From Priapulus caudatus (lineage: Eukaryota), in assembly GCF_000485595.1 (NCBI RefSeq), contig NW_014577090.1, positions 340,180 through 374,982 on the forward strand: a stretch of 34,803 nucleotides of DNA. The letters run 5' to 3'. Both the position numbers and the translations under genes were made by a program. The notes under the pieces were generated by a model that was not told the DNA's origin, made no database searches, and saw nothing but the letters and a program-made list of their open reading frames with translations. This document shows positions 11,999 through 25,129 of this stretch, piece by piece; positions within the stretch are counted from its first letter, which is position 1; every line of letters begins with the position of its first letter.

Positions 11999-12230
11999 TG
12001 GTAATGTTCAGTTATATAGTGCGGATCAACGCAGTATAAATCAATAGTAATCACGGGAGTGACAGAACGTGTCCTTTATTGCGGTGCTCCGCCATGTACG
12101 TCTCCTCCGCGCTTTCTGTATACGGTCATAATGTATGATTTATTAAATCAGGATAATAGAGGCACACCTGACGGTGTCTTGTATTGAACACATCATAAAT
12201 AACTAAGTGATTTGTAACAAAACCATTACA
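11999..12230 (-). repeat. 3' LTR of the gypsy element
   Basis: Direct repeat of 16682-16900, adjacent to the polypurine tract. Confidence 0.88.
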
Positions 12231-15200
12231 CCCTCCCTTTCTTTAAACCAAACTGTGGGTGTAAACACAATCACCTTAAAACAAATCTTTTTCTGTGATT
12301 ACTACTCGTAGTAACTAGATTTTAACATGACTCATTAATCTGTCTGTCGCTTAAACACTCGCGGTCGACCTTCTGACTCTAATCGTCATCTAGTGTGAAC
12401 AGGAATCGTCTGGTGTATGATTTACCTCCTTAACATTTCATTGTTAGTAGGTTTCATTTGAGAGGTTTCATCTGCATTCGGTTTTCGTATTCGTATGGCG
12501 TTACGTAAGTTTGACCTTGGTTCCGTCAACCCTATTAAGTGTCACAGGAATCAACTGTCTTCTTGGCTGGTGGTGCAACGGCCACTCTCTGTTTACAAGC
12601 AAATCAGTCCTATTCCTTCTGTACATTGCACCTGACTCCCTGCTTGTACAAATATGACCTTTGGAGCTAGTCTTCTAACAACCTTTTGCTCTGATAGACC
12701 ATCTGTTAGTCTTCACATCTCTCATTCTCACTTACATCCCCATTTACCAGACTTGACAATAACTTATAGCCTCGTATCCCGATTACCCTTCTTGCTTTTG
12801 TTGGTTGCTCTTTATTTTCTTTAGCCTTCTCATACTCCACCAACTCTGGAGAACTGCCTTCAAGTAGTTCGTAGGTTAGCTCTAAGTTTCTCCCCCATTA
12901 ACAGTTGAGCTGCGTTGATAAACTCTCGATAATGGGCGTTAAAGACCTGTATGCTAATAACCAATAAAGGGATCATCTCATTGTGCTGTGACTTACTTTA
13001 GTATAATTTTTTCACGATCTGCCAAAGTTTTCTGCTTACCTGGCCATTCGACTTTGTCGGTAAGTGTGGGCTGGGACGTTGTATGGTTAAAATCCCAAAG
13101 TCTCTAGCAATACTTCTTGAAACTGCTCAGAAAATCATAGGCCACGGCGATTATCAGAAAAAAAAAATACCTCTTGTGGATACACCATGTCTCGAAAAAA
13201 GATTTCTTCATCCTCCATTACTACTGCACGCGCTTTTCTGACTGCTGACTCCCTTACCACCTCTGTATAGCAGGAATAACAGTCAACTGCTTAATCAGGC
13301 TAGTCCTTTTTATCAACATACACATAGATCTGTTGGCAACCTTTTGCCATGAACCCCCGTGTTTTTAAGTGTGACTCAGAGGCTCAGCTGTTGCTGTCTC
13401 TGTATGTCAGAACACGCATCACACATCTTAACTTTGTTCTCAACATCCTTATTTTATCATAGGCCAATACACTGAATCTCTAGCTCTTTGCTACCACTTT
13501 CCATTCCATATGACCTGCCATGAATTTATCAAGTATCGATTTCTCAACTTTGTGGGACAACCACTTCTACCTGCCTTTCATGATGATCCTTTAGTCACGG
13601 TCAATGTCATCTCTAAAGGTTCCAATACGGATGCAATATATCTGGGCATTTAACCTTATCAACTAGCGCCACCGCTTCGATTTACCTCTCTAATTAGTTT
13701 CATTCGATTGTCTCTCTTTCTGTCCTGGTCTTCGGCTCGAATCTCTTCTACTTTCTATCAGCTTACGGGAATATTGCTTCATGAACTTAACCACATGCGC
13801 ACTTGACTTCAGTTTTCACAAATCTGGTATCACCTGTGTCTTGGTGGATAATTGCGGGACAAGCATGTCTGCTGTAAACATTATTTTACGCTGTTTGAAC
13901 TTTAGCTCCACAATCGTACTTTTGCAATCTCAAACGCAGTCTCTGCATTTAGAGCTGGCCAGTCCATTTTAGAGCCTTTACTGAAATAGCGATCCAGCGT
14001 TTGTGATCTGTTTCAGCTTCAAACCTGCGCCCATACACATACTGGTGGAACCGTTACACACCCAAAAAGCTACTATATAGAGCTTCCTTTTTCAATCTGC
14101 CCGTATCTCTGTTCACAACCTCTGTGCATAGCCTCTAGGAGGCATATGCTAGCTGGTAACGCAGTCTTCCCTTTCTAGGAGTTTACCACTGTAGCAACAC
14201 GCTCCTATTTTTTTTTCCGCCTCTGTTTTTGGAGCGGTCAGTTGATTATCTTTCCACCGGGCTTTCTACCATCGTAGTATTGCAGCACGCGTACTGCTCG
14301 TAAATCAGAGCTTTGAGTCTGATCCATCGCTGTTCTTGCTCATGGTCCATCTCATTTGAATGTTCTTATCCAGAATAGTGATCTCAGTGCGAGCTGATCT
14401 GGGCTGATAAATCATGGCTCAAAAATCTAAGCCAAATAGTTGATTCATCCCCAGAAACTTTGCCAAAAGTCAGTCGGTTTTCTGGACGTGCTAGCTTAAC
14501 GTTGATTGCTCTGATCTTCTTCTCTGATCAGCTTCAATCGCCTTATCTGTGTATAGTGTACTCCTATGAACGATAATCTCATTCCCTCCCAGCAAGCACT
14601 TTTCACGATAGTGAAATTTGCAGACAGTGTTTCCTACATCTGAAACACCGCATTAGACGCTCGATCGTCGCTTCTCTTTTGTCTTCGGCATGCCCACAGC
14701 TACGTCATCTCATCGATACTTCGATGATCTCCATCTATATTTCCGAATAGTTCTTCCATTTTTTTTGAAAGATTTCACTTGCAAATGTATACCACCAAAT
14801 GGTTAGTCTCAGTAGCGACTACCGCCTACTGGAGTGTTAAAGGTGCGACAGCTTCCGAGCTGGCTTCATCCAGTTCTAGTTGCCAAATATCCACTTCGAC
14901 AGTCTAGGTTGGAAAAATAGTCTGCTTCACTGAACCTCGACGATATTTCATCCCTTGTTGGAGAGCTTATAGTGGCTCACGTCGGGATTGCCGTATTTAG
15001 ATTTTTATAGGATCATTGCACACTCTCAGTTGGCGCCACTTGGTTTGTGCCCTACTACCAGTGAATTCCCCATGTCAGTAGGCTCACTTCACATTTAGCT
15101 AATTTACGTCCAGTGACTCGCATCCGTTTAAGGCTCTCCTTCCTTGTCCTAGCCCGAATGGTACTCGCCTACCTATGTGTTCTACCACAGGTGGGAAACG

Positions 15201-16681
15201 TCATTCACGTGTGTGTAATGCTTACTTTCCCGGGCATACAGCTAGACCACGAAGGTATCACTGTATGTCATTGAAGAAATGCTTGTGCGTTTCAGGAGTG
15301 TTTTACTCACCTCACAAACTCCTCCTGATCAGTCCAAGTAATCCTCCACAAGAATTTTCTACCCAAGATTGGGACTACTTCCGTTGCACAGATACATAAA
15401 CTGTGGTTCTGTAGGAGCCTTACTAGTCATGCTTTATACTGAGGATACATGTTCCCTTTTACAGGTATTTCGGCCTCCATCCATAAGTCGTAAGCATGTA
15501 TGCTTGGCAGTCGACTGGTCGATGCGGCTGACGCGGCTGCTTTAGTGCTTTACAATCCTTTGTCACTCAGAATGTTCACGGTCACTGTCCGAGTAATCTC
15601 AGTTTTAGGCGTATTAGAAAGTCGTGCGTTTAGTTTGTAGCAACTATCCAATGGCTTTGGACACTGACCCTTTAACAAACTAACATTCAAACAGTGTCGA
15701 ATCATGAATTCGCGTGTACGGAATTCTTTCAAGCCCTAATTGCTGCTGTAAACTGTGGTTACTTTACTTTTCTGGTCAAATATCTATCTTGCAGCATTTT
15801 CCGGCAAAAAGATCCTGGTTTATGCACTACTTGTTGCAAACTTTCCCTAATAGCTGAGGCACTTCTTCTCCCTGTCTCATGTCTTTCGATAATCCACAAC
15901 GACCAACATTTTCTCCCTATTCCTTGGTCAACCACTACTACTTTGTGCTTGTGCCCTGCAATTCCACTGTTTTCTCCGAACTAAATCTTTGGCCCTGAAC
16001 TCGCCTCCACCGTTCACTTGGACGCACTTGTCTACTCAATGAACTTGTGCGCTTCATCTGTTTAGTACTTTTAAGTGTTGGCTTGACTCTTCTGCTCGGC
16101 CTTACACAGTGTAACATTTACCTTCTACCTGAGATCTGGCTCTCTAACAGCCTATGCTTTCACTGACTTCTCCAATATACTCATTCTACTTGCGATCTCT
16201 TAAAATACCAGTACTCTAAGATCTCCAAACTCACAGTTCTTATCAAGCAGTCTTGAGGAAATCGTCAGGAACTGGTCAATCCCCTCCCTTGTTCTGGGGC
16301 ACGAGAAGTAGAAATTTATGCGTTCTAGTGTCAAGTTACGTTTAAGGTGTGCGCAATAGCCTACATAATTTCTCAATCTACGAATGTTACGTCATTGCAC
16401 TGACCTGTTGCATTTTTTCTTGTCAATCGGTATCCACCAAACGTGTTGTAGGATATCCTTGTGCAGTTCCACCAGCCCACAGTGTAAAATGTGGCACACT
16501 GTAACCTCTGAGCTTTCTCAGACACCACAGTCCGCTGCAACGCGATGAAGTACTCGGAAACTGCTGTAGGCCATCCGATCGCCATTCTCTGCGTATTACC
16601 GTCGAACGTCACGTCTTTTGGTGTGTCCAACCCATCCATCGGCCTTCTTTTGAACTTTTCCAGTTACCTTCCTGACACCAT

Positions 16682-16900
16682 TGTAATATTCGTTATAAGT
16701 GCGGATTCAACCAGTATAAATCAAAGAACACGGGAGTGACTAGAACGTGCCTTTATGCGGGTCTCCGCCATGTACCTCTCTCCGCGCTTTCTGTATACTC
16801 ATAATTATGATTATAATCAGGATAATAGAGGGCAACAACACTGACGGTAGTCTTGTATGAACACATATAATACTTAAGGTGGATTGTACAAACCATTACA
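16682..16900 (-). repeat. 5' LTR of the gypsy element
   Basis: Direct repeat of 11999-12230, TG...CA termini, adjacent to the PBS. Confidence 0.9.
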
Positions 16901-17156
16901 CTCCGGGGGGGGGCAATTGTCCCGCCAGAAAATGTTTGAATTGTAAGAACTCTGCAGATGCAATCTAGGAACACTCTGTTTGTAAATTTTGAAGCCTGGC
17001 TGGATGTGAGGTGGAAATGTTTGTTTTGCATGGCAAAAGCCATCGAAAAATCAAAATAATAATGGAATAAAAACCAAAAATGTAGGGGTAACTGCTGGTT
17101 TGCTGTTTCCAAATCGAGTTACACCTCTCATAATCAGGAAACCCCTCGACATATAC

Positions 17157-17342
17157 CAGTGTTGGAAATACAGCTGGTCCGCTATAGGTCCCCTGACTGG
17201 TAACTTTTCAGGCAGGGTGGCCTACTTTTTGGGAGCAGGACTGGCTAATTTTCAGAAAATGACCCTGTAACTTATACTTGCGATTTAGAAATTTTTTTAA
17301 TCCGGACCGAAGTGGAATTTTTGTCTTCATTTCCAACACCTG
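17157..17342. mobile_element. ~186-bp MITE (second copy at ~20895-21069)
   Basis: TIRs CAGTGTTGGAAAT / ATTTCCAACAC(C)TG; CATATAC flanks both ends in both copies. Confidence 0.7.
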
Positions 17343-18581
17343 CATATACATACCAACTATACTGGTACTCGTAAATCTTCTTATATCATTTTACTCATCT
17401 TGTATTATGTAGTTTTACCTATCGACAGCTTTACAATACTGTTCTGATCTGACCTTACCATTTGCGTTTGCTATGTCCCTGTTTGTATTTGTTATTGCTG
17501 GGCTCTACACCTAGTGTTATGTACAAAAAATACAAGTGCAAGAGTGGTCGTAAGTTGTACCCAATTCTACTCTACCTCGTAATTAAGACTGGGTTACCTG
17601 CCCCGTAATAATTGCCTGTTGGAAATTAATCTCACGTTGTAATTCAGCAATAAGAATTCTTTTGATGAGGCTAAGAAAACACTCGAATTTAAAGATGATC
17701 GAAAATGAACAATTATTGTACGTCAGCTACTAAGCCTACACCATTGCGTTGGACTGATTGTCAGTTGAATGGCGAAAACTATTGAAAAGCAAAAGGTATA
17801 CAACCATAGATTAATTATTAACACGCCGTATATAAGATAGCCGCGTCCGATTAGAGTTAGTGGTAGTGTTAGGGTTAGGGTGGTTTCTAAAGGAACAAGT
17901 TTCTCAGTGTTTTCGAATTTTCTTGTGATCAAAATCAGCTGTAGGATCAGCGGGCCTGTTTTTATCAGGAAGCTGTAAGGCCGGGGGGGGCATCGAAACT
18001 GTCGGCACGCGACCGACGGCCCGTCGTGAGAATTTTCGAACACTGTGCTAGTATTTCAGCGAGTAATATTGAGGGGACAAGTGGCGGGTCTCAAGAGGGA
18101 CCGGCGCAGTGTTCGAGAGGATGTTGCCTAAGCAAAACTTGGTCGGCCTCGGCCTTCAGTCGGCACTAATTTCGAAACGCTAAAACAATAACAGACCCTA
18201 AAATAAAAAGTACATGTTTAATTTGTGGCCAATCGTTTGGGATTATGGTGTATGTACCTGGCATATGCAATATTGAAATTTCTTTTTAATTGGATTAAAC
18301 AGACTGTTACTCATCATTTTAAAGATATATGATCATATGAGTATGATTAACGATGAGGGAGAGAGATGAGTAATGTCTGAGTTTTAGAGGGAGCACCGCT
18401 GTAAAAAGTAGTGCACAATGGGGAATAACAACATAGCATGAAAATACAGTAGGTCCACTCATAATTTAGACTGTGGTGGGTTTAACATTAGAAGTTAGTT
18501 TAGGGATTACAGAGCGCGAGAGAATGTTAATGCATATAATAATGGATGAGATGAATCGACAATCAGAAAGTGCGGTGTATT

Positions 18582-18974
18582 CAGGGGTTGCTTAAGCAGG
18601 CCTGAGCCGGTGGTCCGAAATACGTAGTCCGGAAGTAAAATTACTCCCTGATTTCACTGTCGGACTCCCCTGATTTGACAATGGTCAGGAAGTCGCGTGC
18701 GACTCCCCTGAAAATCTCCATAACCTAACTAATTGTTCTAGGGCAATAGCTCGGCAGAATTACCGTATATTTTCAGCTAAATGTCCAAGAAACATTTGGC
18801 AGACGTGGGCATACCGCATAAATGTAAAAATAAGCCACATCGCGTTTATTGTTAGTTATCTGTAATTTTGAATCCTCAGACTGCCGGACTCCTCACTTTG
18901 TTGTGGATCCCTCTTTTTGAAAGTAGGGAGTCCAAACGAAACTCCGTGTTCAAAAGTTTTATTTCTATCCCCTG
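18582..18974. mobile_element. Degenerate MITE-like element (second copy at ~22244-22618)
   Basis: CAGGGG...CCCCTG ends, repeated subterminal GGACTCCC motifs; no clear TSD. Confidence 0.4.
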
Positions 18975-19726
18975 CCTGAGACAGCAAGGTGGTATAAAAG
19001 GAAGAATCTGCTTACAAACACGGTCGCGACTTATACATGTTTGTACATCACATTAAATTACTCCTAATGAATGAACTGGTGTTTTTCAGCACTGAGCATG
19101 TTTTTATCAGATGAGACAGAATAGTATCGTGTAATCATCTCTATCTACCTGGACTAAGAAACAATCAGTGAAATCACTATGGAGCCTTTGTGTAGTGAAT
19201 GGTTATTGTTAGAATGGAAAATAGCATATTAATGTGGCTAATAGTAATAGTATACTGTAGTGGCTTATATTGTATCTTAAGATGTATCAAACTTACAGGC
19301 ACAATGTAGTACAATTTATAAACTTTTTCTTGTGTAATTCTCAAACCTGTTAAAAATACCATAAATTTGCCACCAATGTGCTGCCACCTTTAGGCAGTTT
19401 CTCCATCAATAAGTTCAAAAGACTTATACCACAGGCTATGCCAATAAGCAATGAACATAGGTGAACTTCACTAGATCTGTGAGATTGATAGCACTATCTA
19501 CAAAACCTCAAGAACAAAAGCAGCATCAGTTTCTTGATAAACAGTATTTAACAATATCACATATGTGCGCCACCTCNNNNNNNNNNAAGGAAACGACACA
19601 TCGTTGGCTCCTTGGTAACTACGACTCTCCACTTTGACAGCAGAGTCTGCAGAGAGACAGACTGGTAGTCTGTTACACATCGGTAGCAACGTAGTAGCGT
19701 CTCATAACATTGCGAGTGGAGCCGCA

Positions 19727-22700
19727 AAAGCTGGTGGTCCGCTTATTTACTAGCAGTGAGTAACAAAATAGTATACAAAAATAACCATTGGCATTAACAG
19801 CAAACATGTAACTTAGAGTTGGTCAAACAATATATCTCAAGCTCTAGGAATGTCGGGGGAGCTTGTGGGAAAGGTTTTACTTTCGTTTTTCTCCTCCCCA
19901 GTCCACGGTACCTCTATGCATAGATCAATGGATTATGCTGCTGCACATCCGTAAAGTTACAAGTGCCTATAGAATCTTGATACAGTTTACATTTTTTCTA
20001 GATATCTAACTGAATAAAAATAGTCCACTTTCTGCGTAAAGAAAAGTGACGAATTCAGTTAACAGCTTTGATTACGTGAGTGTCAGGTGTCACTGGTCGT
20101 GCCCTCACTCCCAACGATAACCCCTGCGACATATGAACTTATTGTTATGCGGTCATAAAACCACTGGGGTCATGCCGCAATCGATTTCTTAGAGATCCTT
20201 CAATCGATCAATCGTTTGAATCGTTGAAATCGATCGAGGTTTTGTTTGTGTGGCGAATCATGCATTGAGGGAGTTCATGCCCTCGGCTCTAGATGTTTTG
20301 GATACCCCGTCTACGCTCAGGAACCGAGCGTATTTGAATGCGCTCCCGTTTACAAGTCTGTCAGTATCTAAACAGCCGTTGCAATAATCCTAGTAATAGT
20401 AGTATTCAGTGTTTGCCACTAAAGCAGAAAAAGCTGCAGGCCTGCAGAGTCTATATCTCCTAAAAGCTGCAGGCCCGCCAGCAAAGCTGTAGGCCCGCCA
20501 ATTTTGGAGCAAATTACAGTAATAAAACAGCATATCATGTTCTTCCTTGTGTTTATTAGTCATTATCAATGTCCATAATCATAATCCCCAAGGTTCTCCA
20601 AGCTTTTTCATTATAGCAGGGGGTGCTGCTCAGTGCTAGGGGGGGGGGAGGGGCATGTCCCGCCAGAAAATGTTTGAATTGTAGAAGCTCTGAGATGCAA
20701 TCTGGGACACTCTGTGTGTAAATTTGAAGCACTGGCTGCATGTGAGGTGGAAATGTTTGTTTTGCATGGGCAAAGCCATCGGAAAATTCAAAATAATAAT
20801 GGAATAAAAATACCAAAATGTAGGGGTGAACTTGCTGGTTTGCTGGTTCCAAATCGAGTTCACCTCTCATAAATCAGAAAACCTGACATATACCAGTGTT
20901 GGAAATAGCAGCTGGTCCCATAGTCCCTGACTGGTAACTTTTCAGCAGGGCTGGCTACTTTTGGAGCAGGACTGGCTAATTTTCAAGAAAATGACTGTAG
21001 CTTATATTGCGGATTTAGAAATTTTTTTAATCAGGACCGAATGGAATTTTTGTCTTATTTCCAACACTGCATATACATACCAACTATACTGGTACTGTAA
21101 ATCTTCTTATATCATTTTACTCATTTGTATTATGTAGTTTTACTATCGACAGCTTTACAATACTGTTCTGGATCTGACTTACCATTTGCGTTTGGCTATG
21201 TCCACTGTTTGTATTTTGTTATTGTGGGCTCTACACCTAGTGTTATGTACAAAAAATACAATGGCAAGAGTGGTCGGTAAGTGTACCAATCTACTCTACC
21301 TCGTATTAGACTGGGTTACCTGCCCCGTAATAATGCTGTTGGAAATTAATTCACGATTTAATTCACAATTAAGATTTCTTGATGAGCTAGAAAACACTCG
21401 GATTTAAAGTATGAAAATAAACATTATTGTACCAGCTACTAAGCCTACACCAGTTGGTTGGGACTGATTGTCAGTTGAGATGCAAAATATTGAAAGCAAA
21501 AGGTTATACACCATAGATTAATTATTAACACGCGTATATAAGATAGCCGAGTCCGTTTAGAGTTAGTGGTAGTGTTAGGGTTAGGGTGTTTCTAAAGGTA
21601 ACAGTTTCTCAGTGTTTCGAATTTTCTGTGATCAAATAGCTGTAGGATCAGCGGGCCTGTTTTATCAGGAAGCTGTAGGCCCGGCATCGAAACTGTCGGC
21701 AGCGGACCGACGGGCCGTCGTGAATTTCGAACACTGCTAGTATTTCAGCGTAATATGAGGGGAAAAGTGCGGGTCAAGAGGACCGGCAGTTTCGTAGAGA
21801 TGTTGGCCTAAGCAAAAACTTGGTGGCCTCGGGCCTTCGAGTCGGCACTAATTTCGAACGCTGAACATAACAGACCTAAAATAAAAAGTACATGTTTAGG
21901 TTCTGCCAATCGTTTGGGATTATGTGTATGTACCTGGCATATGCGAATATTGGGAAAATTTCTTTTTTAATTGGATTAAACAGACTGGTTACTATAATTT
22001 TAAAGATATATGGATCATATGAGTATGATTAACATGAGAATAATGAGAATGTCTGTGTTTTAGAGGTACCCTGTAAAGTAGTGGAAATGGAAACAATAGC
22101 AAAATACAGTAGGTCACTCATAATTTAGACTGTGGTGGGTTAGAATTAGAGTTAGTTTAGGGATTACAGAGCAATGTTAGATGTTAATGCTATGATAATA
22201 ATGATGATGATGATGACAATGCAGGAAAGTGGTGATGTATTTACAGGGGTTCTTAAGCAGGCCTGAGCAGGGTGCGAAATTAACGTGAGTCCGGAGTAAA
22301 ATACTCCCTGATTTACTGTCGGACTCCCTGATTTGACATGTGCAGGAGTCCGTGTGACTCCCTGAAAATTCTTCCATACTAACTAGTTCGTTCTATGGCA
22401 TAGCCTCGCAGAATTACCGTATATTTTCAGCTAATGTCCAAGGAAAATTTGGCAGACGTGCAACCGCATAAATCTTAAAAATAAGCACATGCGTTATTGT
22501 TAGTATCTGTAATTTTGAACCTCAGACTGCGGACTCCCTCACTTTGTTGTGGACTCCCTCTTTTTGAAAGTAGGGAGTCCAACGAACTCCCGTGTTCAAA
22601 AGTTTATTTCTACCCCTGCTGAGACAGCAAAGGGTGGTTAAAAGGAAGAATCTGTTACAAACACTGGTACCAATTAAATGTTTGTACACACATTAAATTA

Positions 22701-23203
22701 GCTCTAATTGAATGAACTTGGTGTTTTTCACATGATGCATGTTTTTTATCAATGAGACAGATAGGATTCGTGTAATCATCTCTACCTACCTGGACTAAGA
22801 AACAATCAGTGAATCACTGAGCTTTGTGTAGTGAATGGTTTTTAGAATGAAAATTAGCATATTAATGTGCTAATAGTAATAGTATACTTATCTTATTATT
22901 GTACTAAGATGTATCAAACTTACAGGCACAATGTAGTACAATTTATAAACTTTTTCTGTGTGTATTTCTCAAACCTGTTAAAAATACATAAATTTGCCAC
23001 AATGTGCTGCCCCCTTTAGGCAGCTTTCTCCATCAATAAGTTCACAGACTTATACACAGGCTATGCCAATAAGCAATGAACATAGGTGAACTTCACTATG
23101 ATCTGTGAGATTGATAGGCACTATCTACAAAACCTCAAGAACAAAGCAGCATCAAGTTTCTTGATAAACAGTATTTAAAATATCACATATGTGGTGCCAC
23201 CTC
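19727..23203 (+). repeat. Second copy of 11041-11998 + 16901-19576, lacking the LTR element (probable alternate haplotype / assembly duplication)
   Basis: Colinear near-identity with mostly 1-bp indels; follows the 10-N gap at 19577-19586; empty site at ~20633-20660. Confidence 0.9.
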
Positions 23204-23538
23204 TTGACAAAGAGATATACCAAAACTCAATAAAAACACGCTATTCTGGCAAATCCAGCCATAAATAAGCTTGTCCCGTACAACCATTACGTTACTTACT
23301 CAAATACACTTGTAATATAACAATATGCACTTGCTACAGATGCTAAAACGACTATTTCCTAAAACTTGCAAATGAAAAACAAAATGGCAGCTTTGCTATT
23401 GCGATCCGGTCGACACAACCGCTGTTGTTTATTGCTAAATCATACCATTAATACCTTAGTCAAATAAAATTATAAGATCCAGAACGAAATATGAGTGCAC
23501 ACTCTAGCGAAATAAATTAAAAAATTGGTTTCGCCTAC

Positions 23539-23760
23539 CTTCAATCACGAAATAATCGCATATATCTTCTCCCAACACTGCTCAACTGTGAAATGGCGCC
23601 AACTCTGGCTGAGGTGAAAACACTGTTCATAAACTGCACGCTCATTGGTCAGATATTTATAAGTACGTTGTGATGGTTATGCTTATTTTGAGTGTGTTTC
23701 GATTACAATTATGTCTTTAACATTCACAACTGCCAGAAATATAACAATTACACATTGGCT
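23539..23760 (-). promoter_or_regulatory. Putative PDS5 promoter and non-coding first exon
   Basis: Donor GAAG|GTAGGC at 23538; YY1-like AAATGGCG at 23591-23598; CCAAT boxes (minus strand) at ~23644 and ~23753. The ATG exon has its own splice acceptor, so an upstream exon is needed. Confidence 0.55.
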
Positions 23761-24339
23761 TAGCGTCCTTAGTTATTTGATCAACTAAATAGTACTTGAA
23801 GAACATTTAGATGAAGAAGTTGTACAGTTAATGAAAAATTGCCTTGTCCAATAATAGTAGGCGTAACAAAATGATCTAGAGAGACATCAGAACCGTACGC
23901 TGGGAGCTAGCGACACCTGCAAACACTGACTTTCTGCTCTGCTTTCTGTACAGTTTACTCGAGACTCGAGTGGCTTGGAAACATCGGGGATTATTTCGGA
24001 TTGTTGATCGTTACATATACATATATATACATATACTGTATACATATACATATACAGTTACATATACTGTTTCCAAATATATTTTTTAAATAGAGCAAAA
24101 TTTAATGAAAAATTTGAATTAACTTCTTACTGTAGGATGAATCTGAAAACCTTATGACCAGATTAAATAAACATGCATAGGGGGCCTACTGCAACGTCAT
24201 AGGTTAGGTAGATACAAACGATACAAACACGTGTTTGTAAGTATGTATTTATATGTATCAAGAGTACATAATAGAGATTATGTACATGTGTACATTATGT
24301 ACATGATAGAGATCTCTACATATATATATATATATATAT

Positions 24340-24931
24340 NNNNNNNNNNNNNNNNNNNNNNNNNNNNNNNNNNNNNNNNNNNNNNNNNNNNNNNNNNNNN
24401 NNNNNNNNNNNNNNNNNNNNNNNNNNNNNNNNNNNNNNNNNNNNNNNNNNNNNNNNNNNNNNNNNNNNNNNNNNNNNNNNNNNNNNNNNNNNNNNNNNNN
24501 NNNNNNNNNNNNNNNNNNNNNNNNNNNNNNNNNNNNNNNNNNNNNNNNNNNNNNNNNNNNNNNNNNNNNNNNNNNNNNNNNNNNNNNNNNNNNNNNNNNN
24601 NNNNNNNNNNNNNNNNNNNNNNNNNNNNNNNNNNNNNNNNNNNNNNNNNNNNNNNNNNNNNNNNNNNNNNNNNNNNNNNNNNNNNNNNNNNNNNNNNNNN
24701 NNNNNNNNNNNNNNNNNNNNNNNNNNNNNNNNNNNNNNNNNNNNNNNNNNNNNNNNNNNNNNNNNNNNNNNNNNNNNNNNNNNNNNNNNNNNNNNNNNNN
24801 NNNNNNNNNNNNNNNNNNNNNNNNNNNNNNNNNNNNNNNNNNNNNNNNNNNNNNNNNNNNNNNNNNNNNNNNNNNNNNNNNNNNNNNNNNNNNNNNNNNN
24901 NNNNNNNNNNNNNNNNNNNNNNNNNNNNNNN
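24340..24931. other. Assembly gap flanked by (TA)n
   Basis: Run of N. Confidence 0.99.
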
Positions 24932-24989
24932 AATATATATCAGGAGTAGATAATAGGGGATTCCCTATTATCGACTCCTGATATATATT
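24932..24989. repeat. 58-bp near-perfect palindrome
   Basis: Arms 24932-24958 and 24963-24989 match at 26/27 positions; 4-nt loop. Confidence 0.9.
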
Positions 24990-25129
24990 GTAACTTTGTC
25001 ACATGCGTCACACGGTCAAAGACGCGTGTTGCTGCTAGTGATGGAGCGCTAAAACGCACAAATGTCTCTAATGCCACGGACGCGATCGAGGGCAGGGGAC
25101 TTGGCAGTTACAACTATTCAGATGAGGAA

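Larger units (their letters stand above)
11999..16900 (-). mobile_element. Full-length Ty3/gypsy LTR retrotransposon (frameshifted as assembled)
   Basis: LTRs at 16682-16900 and ~11999-12230 with TGTAAT...ATTACA ends; PBS TGGTGTCAGGA at 16670-16680; PPT at 12231-12244. Gag starts MDGLDTPKDVTFDGN (16639); Zn-knuckle remnant ~15790-15865; RT YFSNLD..SGY/WQLELDE ~14860-14925; RNase H FHQYVYGRRFEAETDHK ~13995-14050; integrase remnants (H..H..C ARDSVYWP, WQKVA.D) ~13320-13535. Integrase follows RNase H, which is gypsy order. Confidence 0.93.

Noticed and set aside
17850..17881. TTAGGG telomere-like motif
   Set aside because: Only two perfect units inside repeat-like sequence; too short to call an interstitial telomere
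19587..19726. Unique segment between the duplicated copies
   Set aside because: Abuts the gap and grades into the duplicate; most likely a low-quality read end rather than a feature
24231..24953. 240-aa ORF
   Set aside because: Mostly N gap and (TA)n
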